NCBI GenBank assembly: GCA_047495785.1
Contig: JBLDXI010000033.1
Span: forward strand, 434,001-498,000
DNA from: Lepidodermella squamata
Taxonomy: Eukaryota > Animalia > Gastrotricha
Length of the DNA: 64,000 nucleotides
Reading direction: 5' to 3'
Both the position numbers and the translations under genes were made by a program. The notes under the pieces are model-generated. The model made no database searches. It saw only the letters and a list, made by a program, of their open reading frames with translations, and was not told the origin of the DNA. The first letter of the stretch is position 1. Each line of letters starts with the position of its first letter. Shown here piece after piece: positions 1-12,000 of this stretch.

Positions 1-311
1 AAAATCTATACAAAACAAATCATATCAGCGGATATTGCTCTGTAACCTACGAACTAGAACAAATACTTTGGAGCTTGTAAGGATGAGCTGCCGGGTATTA
101 TGATTCAGCATCGTTTAGCAAAACGTTCTTGAATCTTGAAGATAAGATATTTCAAGATTCAATGATCTGTGAAAACTTTAAACCCCGTTATAGGCTCGAC
201 GAAAATAAAAAAAATCTTTTAATACGTTTATTTCTTGTTGAGATTCTCAAAGGTCCTTGTCGAGCTCTCTGTGGCTTCTGATGGTCTCGTTCTTGTAAAA
301 TAGATCTCGGT

Positions 312-1428
312 TTACCGAACAGACTGAATGACGAAAATGCAAATTAAGCTGAAAGCGATGAACGATAACGAACAGGCTGCAATATCCATCAGTCTATTTC
401 GAGACAGCTTGAATCGCCCAAGAACTATTACGTTTCGATTAAACCACATGGAGTAATTTTTTACCATATACAACATGTTAAGAATGCGTACAGAGTGATC
501 ATCAGTGTCAATAGTTCACAGGAGCGCGTGAAATCTGTTAGTAGCATCCGTCCTGGCTTAGCTGGTGTCCGTTGGCTTACTTCAAGCCTCAAAACAGCCA
601 TAGCGAGAAGAACGGTGATCGCAAAGCCTGGTCTCACAGGCTTGGTCGCGTGGATGGCGAGTGAGAGAAACTGCATCAACGTCAAGATGATGCAGGGGAT
701 CATTAAAAACCGAACATAAAAGTCGGGTCGTCGTCTGAATGTATAAATTCAAAAATAGGCTCATGATAATTTCGACCGCGAAGAACTGCTCGTTTTCTGA
801 CATCCATTAACTCCCAGTTGTCAAAGTATTTAGCAGAACCGGAGGTACCTTCGCCGATCCCACTAAAACCGGCATCTTGCAGTCTATTTCCCATGCGAAG
901 TTGGATTGAACATGTTTGGTTGTCAAAGGGGAAATTCGATAGGTCAATGTCCCATTTGGAAGTTACTATGCCAAAAAGTGTCCTCTGAAATGCCGCGCCC
1001 CCACCTTGTGTTTTGAGAAGTAGTCCGCTATGAAAATGCTTCATAGTTGGATCGTACATGGAATTATCGTGATATATCTGAGGTGTCCAGAAAAGCGAGG
1101 CATTCGGATAGAACAGTTCCCCTGCGTACTTTCTCAGTTCTGTGCATCCGACAGTCCAAGAAACTTGAATGCTGACCAGTAACCTGAAGCTCTGAGCAAC
1201 ATCGTCGATTCCGTAGTTGCGAATGACAGTCAAGGTGAACTCAACAGGCGTTGGGGTGCAGGAACGGTCGGAGTAGGCAAAACTGCTGCTTGTATTGCAG
1301 TTCGGATTCATGGATTCAACCGACATGTGACTGCACTTATTCAGCAAAGCTATACTTCTAGCGTTCGCTATCTCCGAGAATTGCAAGCTTGAGCAGATGC
1401 ACGAGAATGTAATGAGTAGGGAAAACAT
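312..1428 (-). pseudogene. Frameshifted Cys-loop receptor subunit pseudogene (closest in-window paralog of the 5460 gene)
   Basis: ORF 703-1485 gives a signal peptide and extracellular domain; its Cys-loop reads WDIDLSNFPFDNQTC (first Cys replaced by Trp). ORF 461-703 gives M1-M3. A third frame gives M4 (SRNRLMDIAACSLSFIAF) to a stop at 312-314. Frameshifts lie at ~742-745 and ~467-470. Confidence 0.85.
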
Positions 1429-1701
1429 TGCTGCTCCGTAAATGGTGTCGATAAACAAACTACTCCCGATAACTCCCGAGGGCAAGGAATATCTGATCCT
1501 CTATTTACCAGGAAATGAAAATATTCGGCACGAGTGATTCTCGCTAAAAATAACTTGTAGCTGCGAAACTGAAAAATTACAATATCATTCTAATTCTTAA
1601 CTTCTCGGAGTAAGCGGCCTATTCTATAAGTTTGTATCATTTGAATGGCCTTGATTTGATGGAGAGCAAAATGTTCCAAAATTGAGACCCGCCATCCCTC
1701 A

Positions 1702-2039
1702 CATTGTGGAACCACTGGTAAGTTGAACCTTGGCGCGCACACTGATTGGTCAATTTATCGTTGCTAATGACTCCGGAATGAAACATTTCCGTCGTGCGAT
1801 CCACTAATAAATTATTTTATATTTATGAAAAAAATGACCTTGCCACACCCTCTGCCCGGTTTCCATTGACCACGAGCGTAAACTCCATATTAATTGTGGT
1901 AAATTGCTGCGGCAAAAAACACTTGTTGCAAAAAATCTTATGGATCGCACCACAGAACGTTTCATCCGGGAGTCATAGCAACGATCGATTGACCAATCAG
2001 CGTGCGCATTGGATTGGACTTTTAAGTGGTCACACAATG
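1702..2039. repeat. Long imperfect inverted repeat (foldback / MITE-like element)
   Basis: Arm 1702-1803 (cattgtg...gcgcacactgattggtcaat..atcgttgcta..tgactcc...gtgcgatcca) matches the reverse complement of arm 1941-2039, with a ~137 bp spacer. Confidence 0.75.
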
Positions 2040-3758
2040 CACAAACGATATCAATAGACAACAAGTTGCTGCATTTATAATTATTTTATGGCCATAAGGA
2101 CGATTTCGGAATTTTGACTTTGGAAGTTCACAGCTTGGCCAATTTGTGAAATTTGTGCGTCTCCTTTTGAAGAATACTGATTTTGGATGTTGCCGAATTT
2201 CATTATTCCGTTGATTCTCGAAGAGCGATCGAGCGGTGTTTTTTCCATTTTTTTCCAATCGAGAAAATCGAAAACTCAGAAATATTTGTTGTGCGTTACA
2301 CACACAAACCCCATTTCAAATGACTGGGCAAAAGAATAGGGCCGAAACAAAGAAGACCAACAAATATGGCAAGCAAAAATGAAACCGCCTATAAGAGAAT
2401 GACTGGTGCAGATTCACCACTCAGCAAGCACGGGAAATCCTATAGCATGATATCCTAAAAGCATTGCCGGATAGGACTATTTTGTTGGGTGATATGTGCT
2501 GGTCATCATACATTTTTCATCTTCCAATTTTATCACGCAAATCATTGTTGCGTATTACGATACGATACGAAGAGCCGATATTCTTTATCCGTGACCGTTG
2601 ATGAAAAAGCGTATCTGCTAATTTTTCGCACATCTGTGCAGGGACTAAACAATGGTGTGTAATTTAAATTCAAAAAAGCTTTCTCAAGTTCAAGTGATAC
2701 GGTAATTTGTAGAAGTAACGCCGAAAAATCAATATAATTTCTAGATGTTCGCATTGATTAAGCCGCACTCGTATAATCGCTAATATAACCGCATGCACTG
2801 GAAATATTAATAATTGTGTATACCCCTTGCTTCCCGTGGTATACAACGTTTTTCTGCGTTATGTAGTGGCATGTTATCCAGGGAAATTGAGATATTAATA
2901 TACATCGATAGTGGGAAGTGAGCACTGCGTTAACTACCGCGCTGTTCGCATTTAACCAACACTTATGTCGGCCGATGGTTATTATTTTAGAAATTACAAT
3001 GGAATGGTTGATATATTATATCATTACCAAGGCGGCATATTCGTGCGTGGACCACAGTTTAGACACTACTTTTTCTCAAATTGTTATATCAACTATTCTG
3101 ATGTAGCACCCGGAATCCAAGTTGGAAAAAATTTGCTTTTATAGAAATTCGCCAAAATTCGTTAAAAAGCTGGCGAATCCTACGAAGTCGGGGAAAATCA
3201 AAGCGATTTACCTCGGGGCAACTATACTAGTAGTGTAGAAGTATAATATAACTATAACCTATAACTTATATAAGTAGGTTTTGATTATTTTTATGTGCAG
3301 TCGAAGTTTGATAGATGTGACCCCTTGCGATATGAAGCTAACTTTTTCTTCACCAGTTGTAAAAAAGCCAAACTGGGGGAAATGAATGCTTCCCTCGAAT
3401 AAAGGCTGCGGTGAATGACCGCTGCTTTTCAACTTCATAATTGGTCGAAAAAAGTCAATTTGTTCGATAGAGCCTCCATATACTAAATACACGGTATAAG
3501 AAACAACGCTGTGAATTGTTCTGGCTCAATGCAAAGAAATGAGCTGAGAAATGTTCGACCTTGCCTCGCGCCTTTCGCCTTGTATGAAGCTATTCATGCA
3601 AACATCCTGCAATAGCGTGTAGTGCATTAATTCGTGAAAGCAGAGCCATTAGCGTCGAATTTATCGCTTCTAGATGAATAATAAGCAAATCTTATTTTTT
3701 CTATTTGTAAATGAATGAAGTGTGATCGAAATGTTCTCCCTTTAGGTATGAATTTTAT

Positions 3759-4931
3759 ATGATGTGTTCAGGCCGACATCGACTGAAGAATTTACTTGGC
3801 CTTGTCTTGGTGGTCTCAAATCTTGATGTGACAGAAGAGAGTTTCTACCGCGAAGCCGAGTCGATTCGGAAAGAAATGGCAGATGAGATCTTGGTAGCCT
3901 GCCCGAAACTTTCGCCCCAACGCTATGCCCCAGACTGCCCAAATAAAGGTACATCGAGCTGCCGAGCAACTCAGTTACGAGCTGAATTCACGCCAAGATT
4001 CTTCCATGAAATCAACAACCTCGAAGAATCTATGTCAATATCAGGCTTCTTGGTCATTTTGTGGTACGTTGAGTGCCCACTGTACAATAATACCCGCAAC
4101 TCTTCGGTGATAAATGCAGAGAAGGGCGATTTCTGGAAGCCGTTCGTTACTCATGCAAACACATTGACCGATTTCGGTATGCATAGCGGATTTTTGCGGC
4201 GTTTCTTTATCAGCATTCAACAGAATGGTCTTCTAGAGTTCAACCTGCACATCTACGGGAGATTCGAAACGAAATGCATCATGTCTTTCGAAGACTTTCC
4301 ATTTGACGCGGCGAATTGCTCTTTGATCTTTAATGTCGAGACTGCAAATGACGTAGTTCACTACAACAGCTCTGCTTGGGTTCTCGTCGACATGGAAGCG
4401 TGGGGTGGTAGCCTCGAGAAGAGTTGGAAGCTGATGTCATGGATGACTGGAGTCGCGGATCACGATTATAGGAGTTTCGCAACATTTTCGCTTCTTCTCA
4501 AACGGAATCCGTCGTACTATGTCGCGACTCTTATGATCCCGTGTGGAATGCTTGCATCCTTGGAACTGGCAGCCTTTTTAATGGATCCGATCCAGCCGGA
4601 CAGGCCAGCTTTCATGGTGACTATGCTTCTCGCCGAGACAGTTTTCCAAGCCCAGATAATGGATCGAATTCCAGCGAAGCCAGAAAGAACCTTTTTGAAT
4701 AATTACACTGACTATTGCGCGATTTTTTCCTGGCTCTGCGTTTTGTACGGCCTAGCAGCCTGCGGGGCATGCCAAGCTTGGAAGTCATGGTTTTACAAGG
4801 AAAAGAAAACGTTCGGGTTTCTGCGAGTAACTAGAGCGAGGATTTGTGACTTCGTTGCAAGCACGATCGCGGCTGTCAGTTTCGCGTTGATCAATGGCTA
4901 TGCGATTGCAACGATTAACCATCAGAGATGA
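3759..4931 (+). CDS. Divergent intronless Cys-loop ligand-gated ion channel subunit (subgroup A)
   Basis: 390 aa; FWKP loop A; Cys-loop CIMSFEDFPFDAANC; pre-M1 RNPSYY; M2 PDRPAFMVTMLLAETVFQ; four hydrophobic segments. Start codon uncertain. Confidence 0.9.
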   Translation: MMCSGRHRLKNLLGLVLVVSNLDVTEESFYREAESIRKEMADEILVACPKLSPQRYAPDCPNKGTSSCRATQLRAEFTPRFFHEINNLEESMSISGFLVILWYVECPLYNNTRNSSVINAEKGDFWKPFVTHANTLTDFGMHSGFLRRFFISIQQNGLLEFNLHIYGRFETKCIMSFEDFPFDAANCSLIFNVETANDVVHYNSSAWVLVDMEAWGGSLEKSWKLMSWMTGVADHDYRSFATFSLLLKRNPSYYVATLMIPCGMLASLELAAFLMDPIQPDRPAFMVTMLLAETVFQAQIMDRIPAKPERTFLNNYTDYCAIFSWLCVLYGLAACGACQAWKSWFYKEKKTFGFLRVTRARICDFVASTIAAVSFALINGYAIATINHQR

Positions 4932-5459
4932 ACATCTTATAAATGTCTTTGGTTTTGTTTTGGTTAAAAATTGTCACACAATACACAACAATGAATAAAA
5001 CAAGTTGTCAATAATGACAGCCAGGCCTTGGTACTTACTGACGATTGAGAAGAAAGTTTACTGAATTGTTTCCACGGTTTCAGGTTGGAGGCTTTGAGAA
5101 TTTTATTCAAATTCACAATCGCTTTTGTTATAGTTTCATGGCTAAGTTCGAAATTTTGTCGATAATCTCGTTCTATTCACCCATCTCATAAGATACGTAG
5201 TTGATTGATTTTTCGAATCAACCATGCTGCACTCCCGCTAGTAATTTTAAAGCAGATGCTTCCAAAAATTTGCAATCGATATTTGATAAATTTTACTCCA
5301 GCACTTCGAGAGCCTTCGTGTTCGAAAAGTATGAAGTCTCGCTGCACTTCCGCTGTCAACAATTTCCGGTAGATCATGTAAAGCTGGGTGTATGAAATTA
5401 AATTTTTCGTGATTCAAGCTTCGCATTTTCGTCGCTTTTGACACGCACCATCAACCATA

Positions 5460-6584
5460 ATGCTATTAGTCGGCTGCTTCTGCCTAGGCTTGATCGGCTT
5501 CGTAGCCCCTCAAAAGGAAGTCGAATTCACCACGCATCCAAGAAGTCACTACCTACTTGGAAATTGCACCCAGCTGTCATCGGAATCATACTCGCCAACC
5601 TGCGTTAGCAACCGAACAACCCCCGACAAGCCTTGTACAAATACCGATGTGACAATGAAATTCCGCATTTCGAAAATTGATGGCGTGGACGATGTTGAGC
5701 AGTACTTCAAGCTGCTAGCTGAAGTTTCGATGACATGGTACGTCGATTGTAAAGGACTGCCGAAGCAAAATGAGGGCTACTTCTTCCCAGACGAGAACAT
5801 CTTCTGGAAACCTCGAGTCTACCACCAGAACGCGCTGGAAAACATTGGAATGGAAGGCTTTACGTCGCTCATGAGCATCAACGTAAAACCGCCCAGAGTC
5901 TCGTTTGAATGGACGCGATGGGGCGTTTTCTATTCGACGTGCGATCTCGACATAACGCTGTTCCCTTTCGACTCGCAGAAATGTTCTGTCGACTTCAGCC
6001 TCAAAGTCGGAGAATTGGCTGCTAGATTCACATCTGTGGAAGTAAATTTCACGGAAGATTTCCAGAATGGCGACGAAAATTGGGTAATGATCGGGGAGCC
6101 GGAGAAAAAAGTCGATAGAAAAGATCTCTCCTTCAAATTCCTCATTCGAAGGGAGCCAAAGTTCTTCATTTGGAATCTCATGATACCAACGGCTGGGTTG
6201 ACGCTGTTCGAGCTCGTCGCTCTCTGCATGCAGCCTTCAATGCCTGATAGGCCTGTTTTCGCTGTTACTATCTTGCTTGCGCTTACTGTCATGCAAATTG
6301 AGATAACGCATCATTTGCCCGCTAAGCCAGGCTTTGATCTTCTGAGCAACTTTACCAATCTGTGCGAGTTATTGTCATGTGTTTTGACTGTGTATACCCT
6401 TGTGACGTGTGGTCTCGCGCGTTCTTACAAAGTCTGGTATGAGTCGCTGTTGTTTGAAGAGAAGAGCATGTTCAATATCTCGTGCGGCCGTGTTATTGAT
6501 TCTGCGGCGTTTCTCGTCGGTTCTCTCATGTTTACCATCATCATGACTTATGTCACCTCTGTGGCTATAGGATCGGAATTTTGA
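5460..6584 (+). CDS. Divergent intronless Cys-loop ligand-gated ion channel subunit (subgroup B)
   Basis: 374 aa; signal peptide; Cys-loop CDLDITLFPFDSQKC; M2 PDRPVFAVTILLALTVMQ; four TM segments. Confidence 0.92.
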   Translation: MLLVGCFCLGLIGFVAPQKEVEFTTHPRSHYLLGNCTQLSSESYSPTCVSNRTTPDKPCTNTDVTMKFRISKIDGVDDVEQYFKLLAEVSMTWYVDCKGLPKQNEGYFFPDENIFWKPRVYHQNALENIGMEGFTSLMSINVKPPRVSFEWTRWGVFYSTCDLDITLFPFDSQKCSVDFSLKVGELAARFTSVEVNFTEDFQNGDENWVMIGEPEKKVDRKDLSFKFLIRREPKFFIWNLMIPTAGLTLFELVALCMQPSMPDRPVFAVTILLALTVMQIEITHHLPAKPGFDLLSNFTNLCELLSCVLTVYTLVTCGLARSYKVWYESLLFEEKSMFNISCGRVIDSAAFLVGSLMFTIIMTYVTSVAIGSEF

Positions 6585-7626
6585 AATGACTTTTCTCTAA
6601 ATTAAATATCAAGTATCTGTTCAAATAAACATCATGCGTGGAGAAAAATCCATACCGATGTTTCAATTTTAATTTTCGGTACAGGATGTTAAGGCGTATG
6701 CTGTGTAATTTATACGAGAATGCATCGGTTGAAATAGGAGAAATTCACTATAGGCAAATTTATCGACAGGGAATTAGGATTTTCAAAACAAGACATACAA
6801 CAGAGGAGCGAAAACACGCCTAATAGCTGGTGAAATCTGAATTAAATACTGCAATATTTGATCGCCCTCCACTAGGAAAGCTAAAGCAGCAATAAAGCTT
6901 GAAACCGAAAAGAACACTGAAAAATCAAAATGACTTCTTTGTTCACTCTTGCCGGTCTATCAATGCTCGAATCGTTTCTTCAATAGTGCTTTCGATAGCC
7001 TAATAGCTACTACAGGAGGCCGGAAGGCAGGTGATTGTCACTTGCAGACAATATCGGCGGCTTTTGGTGGGGTAAATAGTCCGAAACTACCTTATTTGAA
7101 ATGCTGTTCCGAGTAACCGTCGGAATATATCAGAGTATCATCCCTCTCCTAATTATTCAATTCCAATAAAATGTCAAAAGCACTACAATATAGGAGACAT
7201 AATTCCCTTCTGTCAAATTCTCATTCAGCTGTAATATGGACCCTTTCTATACGACATTTGTTTGGTTCAGATGAATGGTTCAGATTTGGTTCAGATGAAT
7301 TCCCCATGCGTAGGGAAAGCAAGCTTAAAAGCTAAGAGTTTGCTAACCAGTTCCGTTATGCTTTTTCTCTTAGTTCCACAATACACCTGTGGGATAAAAA
7401 TATAAATGGGCCATACTGTCTGCATATAAATAGCTCATACCCATATTATTATCTTCTTGATTTTCAACAATCATGGCAACTGCGCCAACCCTCGATTTAT
7501 TTGATTTCTGTATAATAAAAAAGTAAACAGAGAATTAAATGCACTTCCTCTTGAAATATATGAGAGTAAATGTGTTTTTACACGCATGCCTATGTCCAGA
7601 TCAAGTGAGATTTTAAACTCATCGCC

Positions 7627-8820
7627 ATGGCTCTAACTAATGTAATCAAGGCATCGAAACTGTCATTTTTGCAACTAGTCTGCCAGTGCATGGCTTCTTA
7701 CTTTGACAACTTGACCGAGAAACCTACAATAGAAACATTCCGAAATGGGTTAAGCGCAGAAATTCTGACGGTATGCCCCAAGCTATCACCTCAATGGTAC
7801 TCACCCGAATGCCCAAATACTAAATCGCCCGACTGCAAGCCACTACATCTAAGCACCAATTTCGCACCGAATTTCGTCCTGGAGATAAGTGACCTGGGTG
7901 AGTCTATGTTGATCTCGGGATCGTTTAACTACAACTGGGAAGTTGTCTGCCCCAAATTGATTACAAATTTCGGTGCTCTCCTACTCAACTTAGAAGAAGG
8001 CGACTTCTGGAAACCTTACGTTAGTCATTCGAACACATTGAATGGCTACTCTATGATTGAAGGCTTTTCGCGTCGATTTTACGTATCGCTGCGGCCAGAC
8101 CACGTTCTCAAGTTTCAAATGAAAATCTACGGAACTTTTCACACAAAATGCGAAATGAACTTTGTCAATTTCCCCTTCGACACTGCAAACTGCTCTCTCC
8201 GCTTCGAAGCCGAGACATCTAATAACGTAGTCAGATTCAACAAGTCGAAATGGGGAATTGAAGATATGGAAGCCTGGAGGTTGACTCTAGATAACACATG
8301 GCTCCTGAAAAATTGGCAAAATTGCAGTAATAACCAAATCGGAACCGATCTAACGCCATATGCAATGTTTTCATTGGTTTTCGACCGCAATCCGGCGTAT
8401 TATGTATCTCATCTCATGATACCTTGCGGGATGCTGGCGGCGCTGGAGGTGATGGCTTTTATGATGGACCCCATTCAACCGGATAGACCAGCTTTCATGA
8501 TCACAATCCTACTAGCGGAGACTGTATTCCAGGCCCAAATCACAGAAATGATACCGGCAAAGCCAGATCGAAATTTTCTTAATAATTACACAGATTTTTG
8601 CGCTGTTCTTTCTTGGATGTGTGTGATTTACGGCCTAGCAACAAGCGGCGCTTGTCAAGCTTGGCAGTCATGGTTCTATGAAGGCGTTAAACTTTTCCAT
8701 CTCATTACGCTTACTAGAGCCAGAATCGTCGATTTTTTCGGCTTTTCCGTCGCCTTCGCGTTATTCGTCGCAATCAATATACATGCTTTGCTGAATGTTT
8801 TGCAATACTCGGATCGATGA
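7627..8820 (+). CDS. Divergent intronless Cys-loop ligand-gated ion channel subunit (subgroup A)
   Basis: 397 aa; Cys-loop CEMNFVNFPFDTANC; M2 PDRPAFMITILLAETVFQ; four TM segments. Confidence 0.92.
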   Translation: MALTNVIKASKLSFLQLVCQCMASYFDNLTEKPTIETFRNGLSAEILTVCPKLSPQWYSPECPNTKSPDCKPLHLSTNFAPNFVLEISDLGESMLISGSFNYNWEVVCPKLITNFGALLLNLEEGDFWKPYVSHSNTLNGYSMIEGFSRRFYVSLRPDHVLKFQMKIYGTFHTKCEMNFVNFPFDTANCSLRFEAETSNNVVRFNKSKWGIEDMEAWRLTLDNTWLLKNWQNCSNNQIGTDLTPYAMFSLVFDRNPAYYVSHLMIPCGMLAALEVMAFMMDPIQPDRPAFMITILLAETVFQAQITEMIPAKPDRNFLNNYTDFCAVLSWMCVIYGLATSGACQAWQSWFYEGVKLFHLITLTRARIVDFFGFSVAFALFVAINIHALLNVLQYSDR

Positions 8821-9055
8821 TGAGAATCGTTTCTTATGCTGTTATTGTCTATGATTCCAGCTTCAAATTAATTATTAAACGAATTGTATAACTGATGAGC
8901 ACTATAGGTCATAAAAAATAAACAAATACCTTGATTTCTCAGTCGAAAAAAAAGTCAATCAAATTCTCACGTCTCGTTGCTCAGAAACAAATGAAAACAC
9001 CGCGAAAATGCAGCAAAAGAAACAGAATTAGCAGAAATAAAAATGATATTTAGAA

Positions 9056-12000
9056 ATGGCTAAAACATTATACTCATTGTTAATTTGGCTTGTGCTGATC
9101 GCTGATGTTACAAAGGGTAACATTTCAGCCCCATGAGTACAAAAGACATCATGATTTTGATACACAGGCGTCAGTGGTCAATGCTCGCTGGCAGCTCAAG
9201 CAGACTGCGAACAGATTTTGTACAGCAACACTACGTCAGCGAGCGGAATCTACCGGGTTCAGCCGACGAGTTTCAGCCCGTCGTTCGATGCCTTCTGCGC
9301 AATGGATGGCTTCGGCGGTGGCTGGACGGTCGTTTTCGATCGGAGGTCTTCGTCAAGCGTTGATTTCGCCAGAACTTGGCAAGATTACAAAGACGGCTTT
9401 GGTAACCTAGCCGAGAGCTTCTGGCTTGGAAATGACCAGGTGTTCCTGTTAACGTACAACGGCGCCTATACAGCCGTGGTTGATGTTTGGGACTCATATG
9501 GCCGATACTTCTGGCAAGCTTATGAGAATTTCAAAGTTGAAAACTCGGGGGATAGGTATCAGTTGTCGCAAGTTCAGCTCAACTGCAACCCGATGAAAGG
9601 TATTGTTGCTAAATCTCGAATTTGCCTATCTGTCATTACGTTATCATAGCTCCCCTACTTTTCAACTGTACTCGTGGAACTGGATCGACTTGCGGCTCGT
9701 TCGCGACGAACGACAACTCACTATCGAATTGCGGATCCATGCTTACGGGTTGGTGGGATGGATTGTGCGTTAACTTCATCGGTACGAACCTCCAAATTCC
9801 TAACTATCCCGATCGCCAGGCAAGCATCCAGAGAGTGAGACTCATGATCAGGAAACATCCCATAAATGGACGTTAGCAACTTTGAACTTCGTATGAATTC
9901 GTTCTACTTTTGTATTTTTAAGTTCTGGATTGCGACGAAATCGCAGAGCAAAGAGTGCTCTACGTAGCGTACCCTCAACCTCAATTGACCTTTCCCTTCG
10001 CCCAGCAACAATGTACGCAGAATGGAGGAGTTTTAGCAGCTCCGTCCAACTTGAATACGACCAGCTTCAACTTCGACCTCATGCGAATTGCGATTCAACG
10101 AGCAAATGCCACGAATGGCACGCGCTTCTGGACCGGCTACTACAACCCTTCACTCACGAATGCTGTCGGAGGTGGTACGTCAAGCAGGAATTATGGGCCT
10201 TGTAAATTGTTGAGCTCGATTATAGGATTTTCAAGTAATTTTTTCTTGCAGTACTCGATACACGCGGGAGAATCATAACTCCGACAGTGCCCAACGTCGT
10301 AATGGGCCTCTCGGCGCAATACGATGTGCCTCAGCTTTGCGCCTGGATGAATTCAAGCGTGGCAAACATTACTTTGAACAGATGCAATCTCACTCTCGGA
10401 TACATTTGCGAGTTCAGACAAAGTAAATTGAAGGGTAGCGAGTAATTTCAATCTTATTTAAAAAATTGCAGGCGCTTGTCTCCGAGGGAGCTACGAAACC
10501 GTGATAAGCAGTACCTCGGCTTGTATTCGAATCTCAGGGTCGACTTATCCACTCGATTGGCCAAACGAATTTCAAGGTGTTCAGCTCGAAGGTCGCGACA
10601 GCCGGGCGGCTGACTTTATCGCAACGAAAGCGATCCCTTACGTCAACTACGGCCCAGTTCTCACCAACATCCACGGCCATTTCCACTGGTCCGATGGACA
10701 GGCCATTTCATCGAACAACGCTACGTTAAGTGTTTCAAATTCTGTTGGGCACATTTATATGACCAGGCGAGGCGGTGTAATGTATGGCGGTTCTGCAGTT
10801 TCAACATCTTCGGCTGCTTCTCTGTCGGTTATGTTTGGTTATCGAGTGATACCCAGTTCTGCAACTAACGGCTCAATTTTGAACTGGATCCGTCATGGCA
10901 ATGAGTTTTGGTACGTACCTCCGATGACTACATCACCACTACCTGATTACAAAGGCTTTCTCGGGACGACTTGCCCTTTGGCGTTAGGCAGCCTCACTTC
11001 GTCTTCAATAGCCGCCACCATTGAAACGGAGGACGACAGTCAGTTCATCGTGAATTACCGCCGTTTGTTCCCGAGTACTGAGTTGAGGAAGATGTGGGTG
11101 CGAATTGAGAAATGCATGTCTGGCTGGGTGGAAGTTCTCGGGCGTTGCTATCGCATTTTTCCAACTCCGAGAAAACAAGTTGACGCTGATTCATTCTGTA
11201 AGACATATGGCGCTCGATTAGCTCAGGTTTTCCAATACGAACAGGTTTGTGCGATATAGAAAACATGTATTTTTGACGTCGCTTTTAAATAGAACCTGAT
11301 TTTGAGTGAACTAATGAAAACTAACGCGATAAACATTGCTCGAGCTTGGCTCAGTGCCACGACAGATTCAGGTGGAAATCCTTACTGGTAACCGTGTTTT
11401 TTCGCTCACTTACCAGTTCTCTATAATTTCTAATCTAAAGGATGGCGAATCCTGACAATTTTTACATTTACAACTACCTGCCATTTCTGCCATCATTTGT
11501 TGCTCTGAGCAGCAGCTCTACGTCGCCATCTTTGGCTGCCAGCAGCTGTATTTTCATGTTCAGCAACGGAACTTGGCATACGGCAAACTGCGATACGGCA
11601 CTGCCTTTTATCTGCGACTATCGCATTCCGAGTAGCACGCCTGTTTACCCTGGTTTGAAAATCCCTCCTATAATTACCTTCACTGAAATTGCCCGATTCT
11701 TAGGTAATAGTGCAGTAGCTAAGGCGATAGATGCCACCTCGGATCCTTGGTACTATTTCGGCGGGAAAGCTTATGACAGTGAGTTTAATCTAAATTGAGA
11801 GTGGCTGCTACAATTTGGCATTTCCGCAGTACGAACAAGTTCCCTCGGCTCTTTTAGTGATTACCAAACTTACCATACGGACAATGGCGTGACGCATTTA
11901 GCCGCTATAGAAAGCTGGTTAGAACTGGAATTCATCCATTCGACACTGGCTCAGTACAGAAGATACAATGGGAACTACCTGTATATCGGCTTGGACCCTA

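Noticed and set aside
7258-7300. tggttcagat repeated three times
   Set aside because: A simple local slippage duplication with no spacers; not a CRISPR array or a functional repeat.
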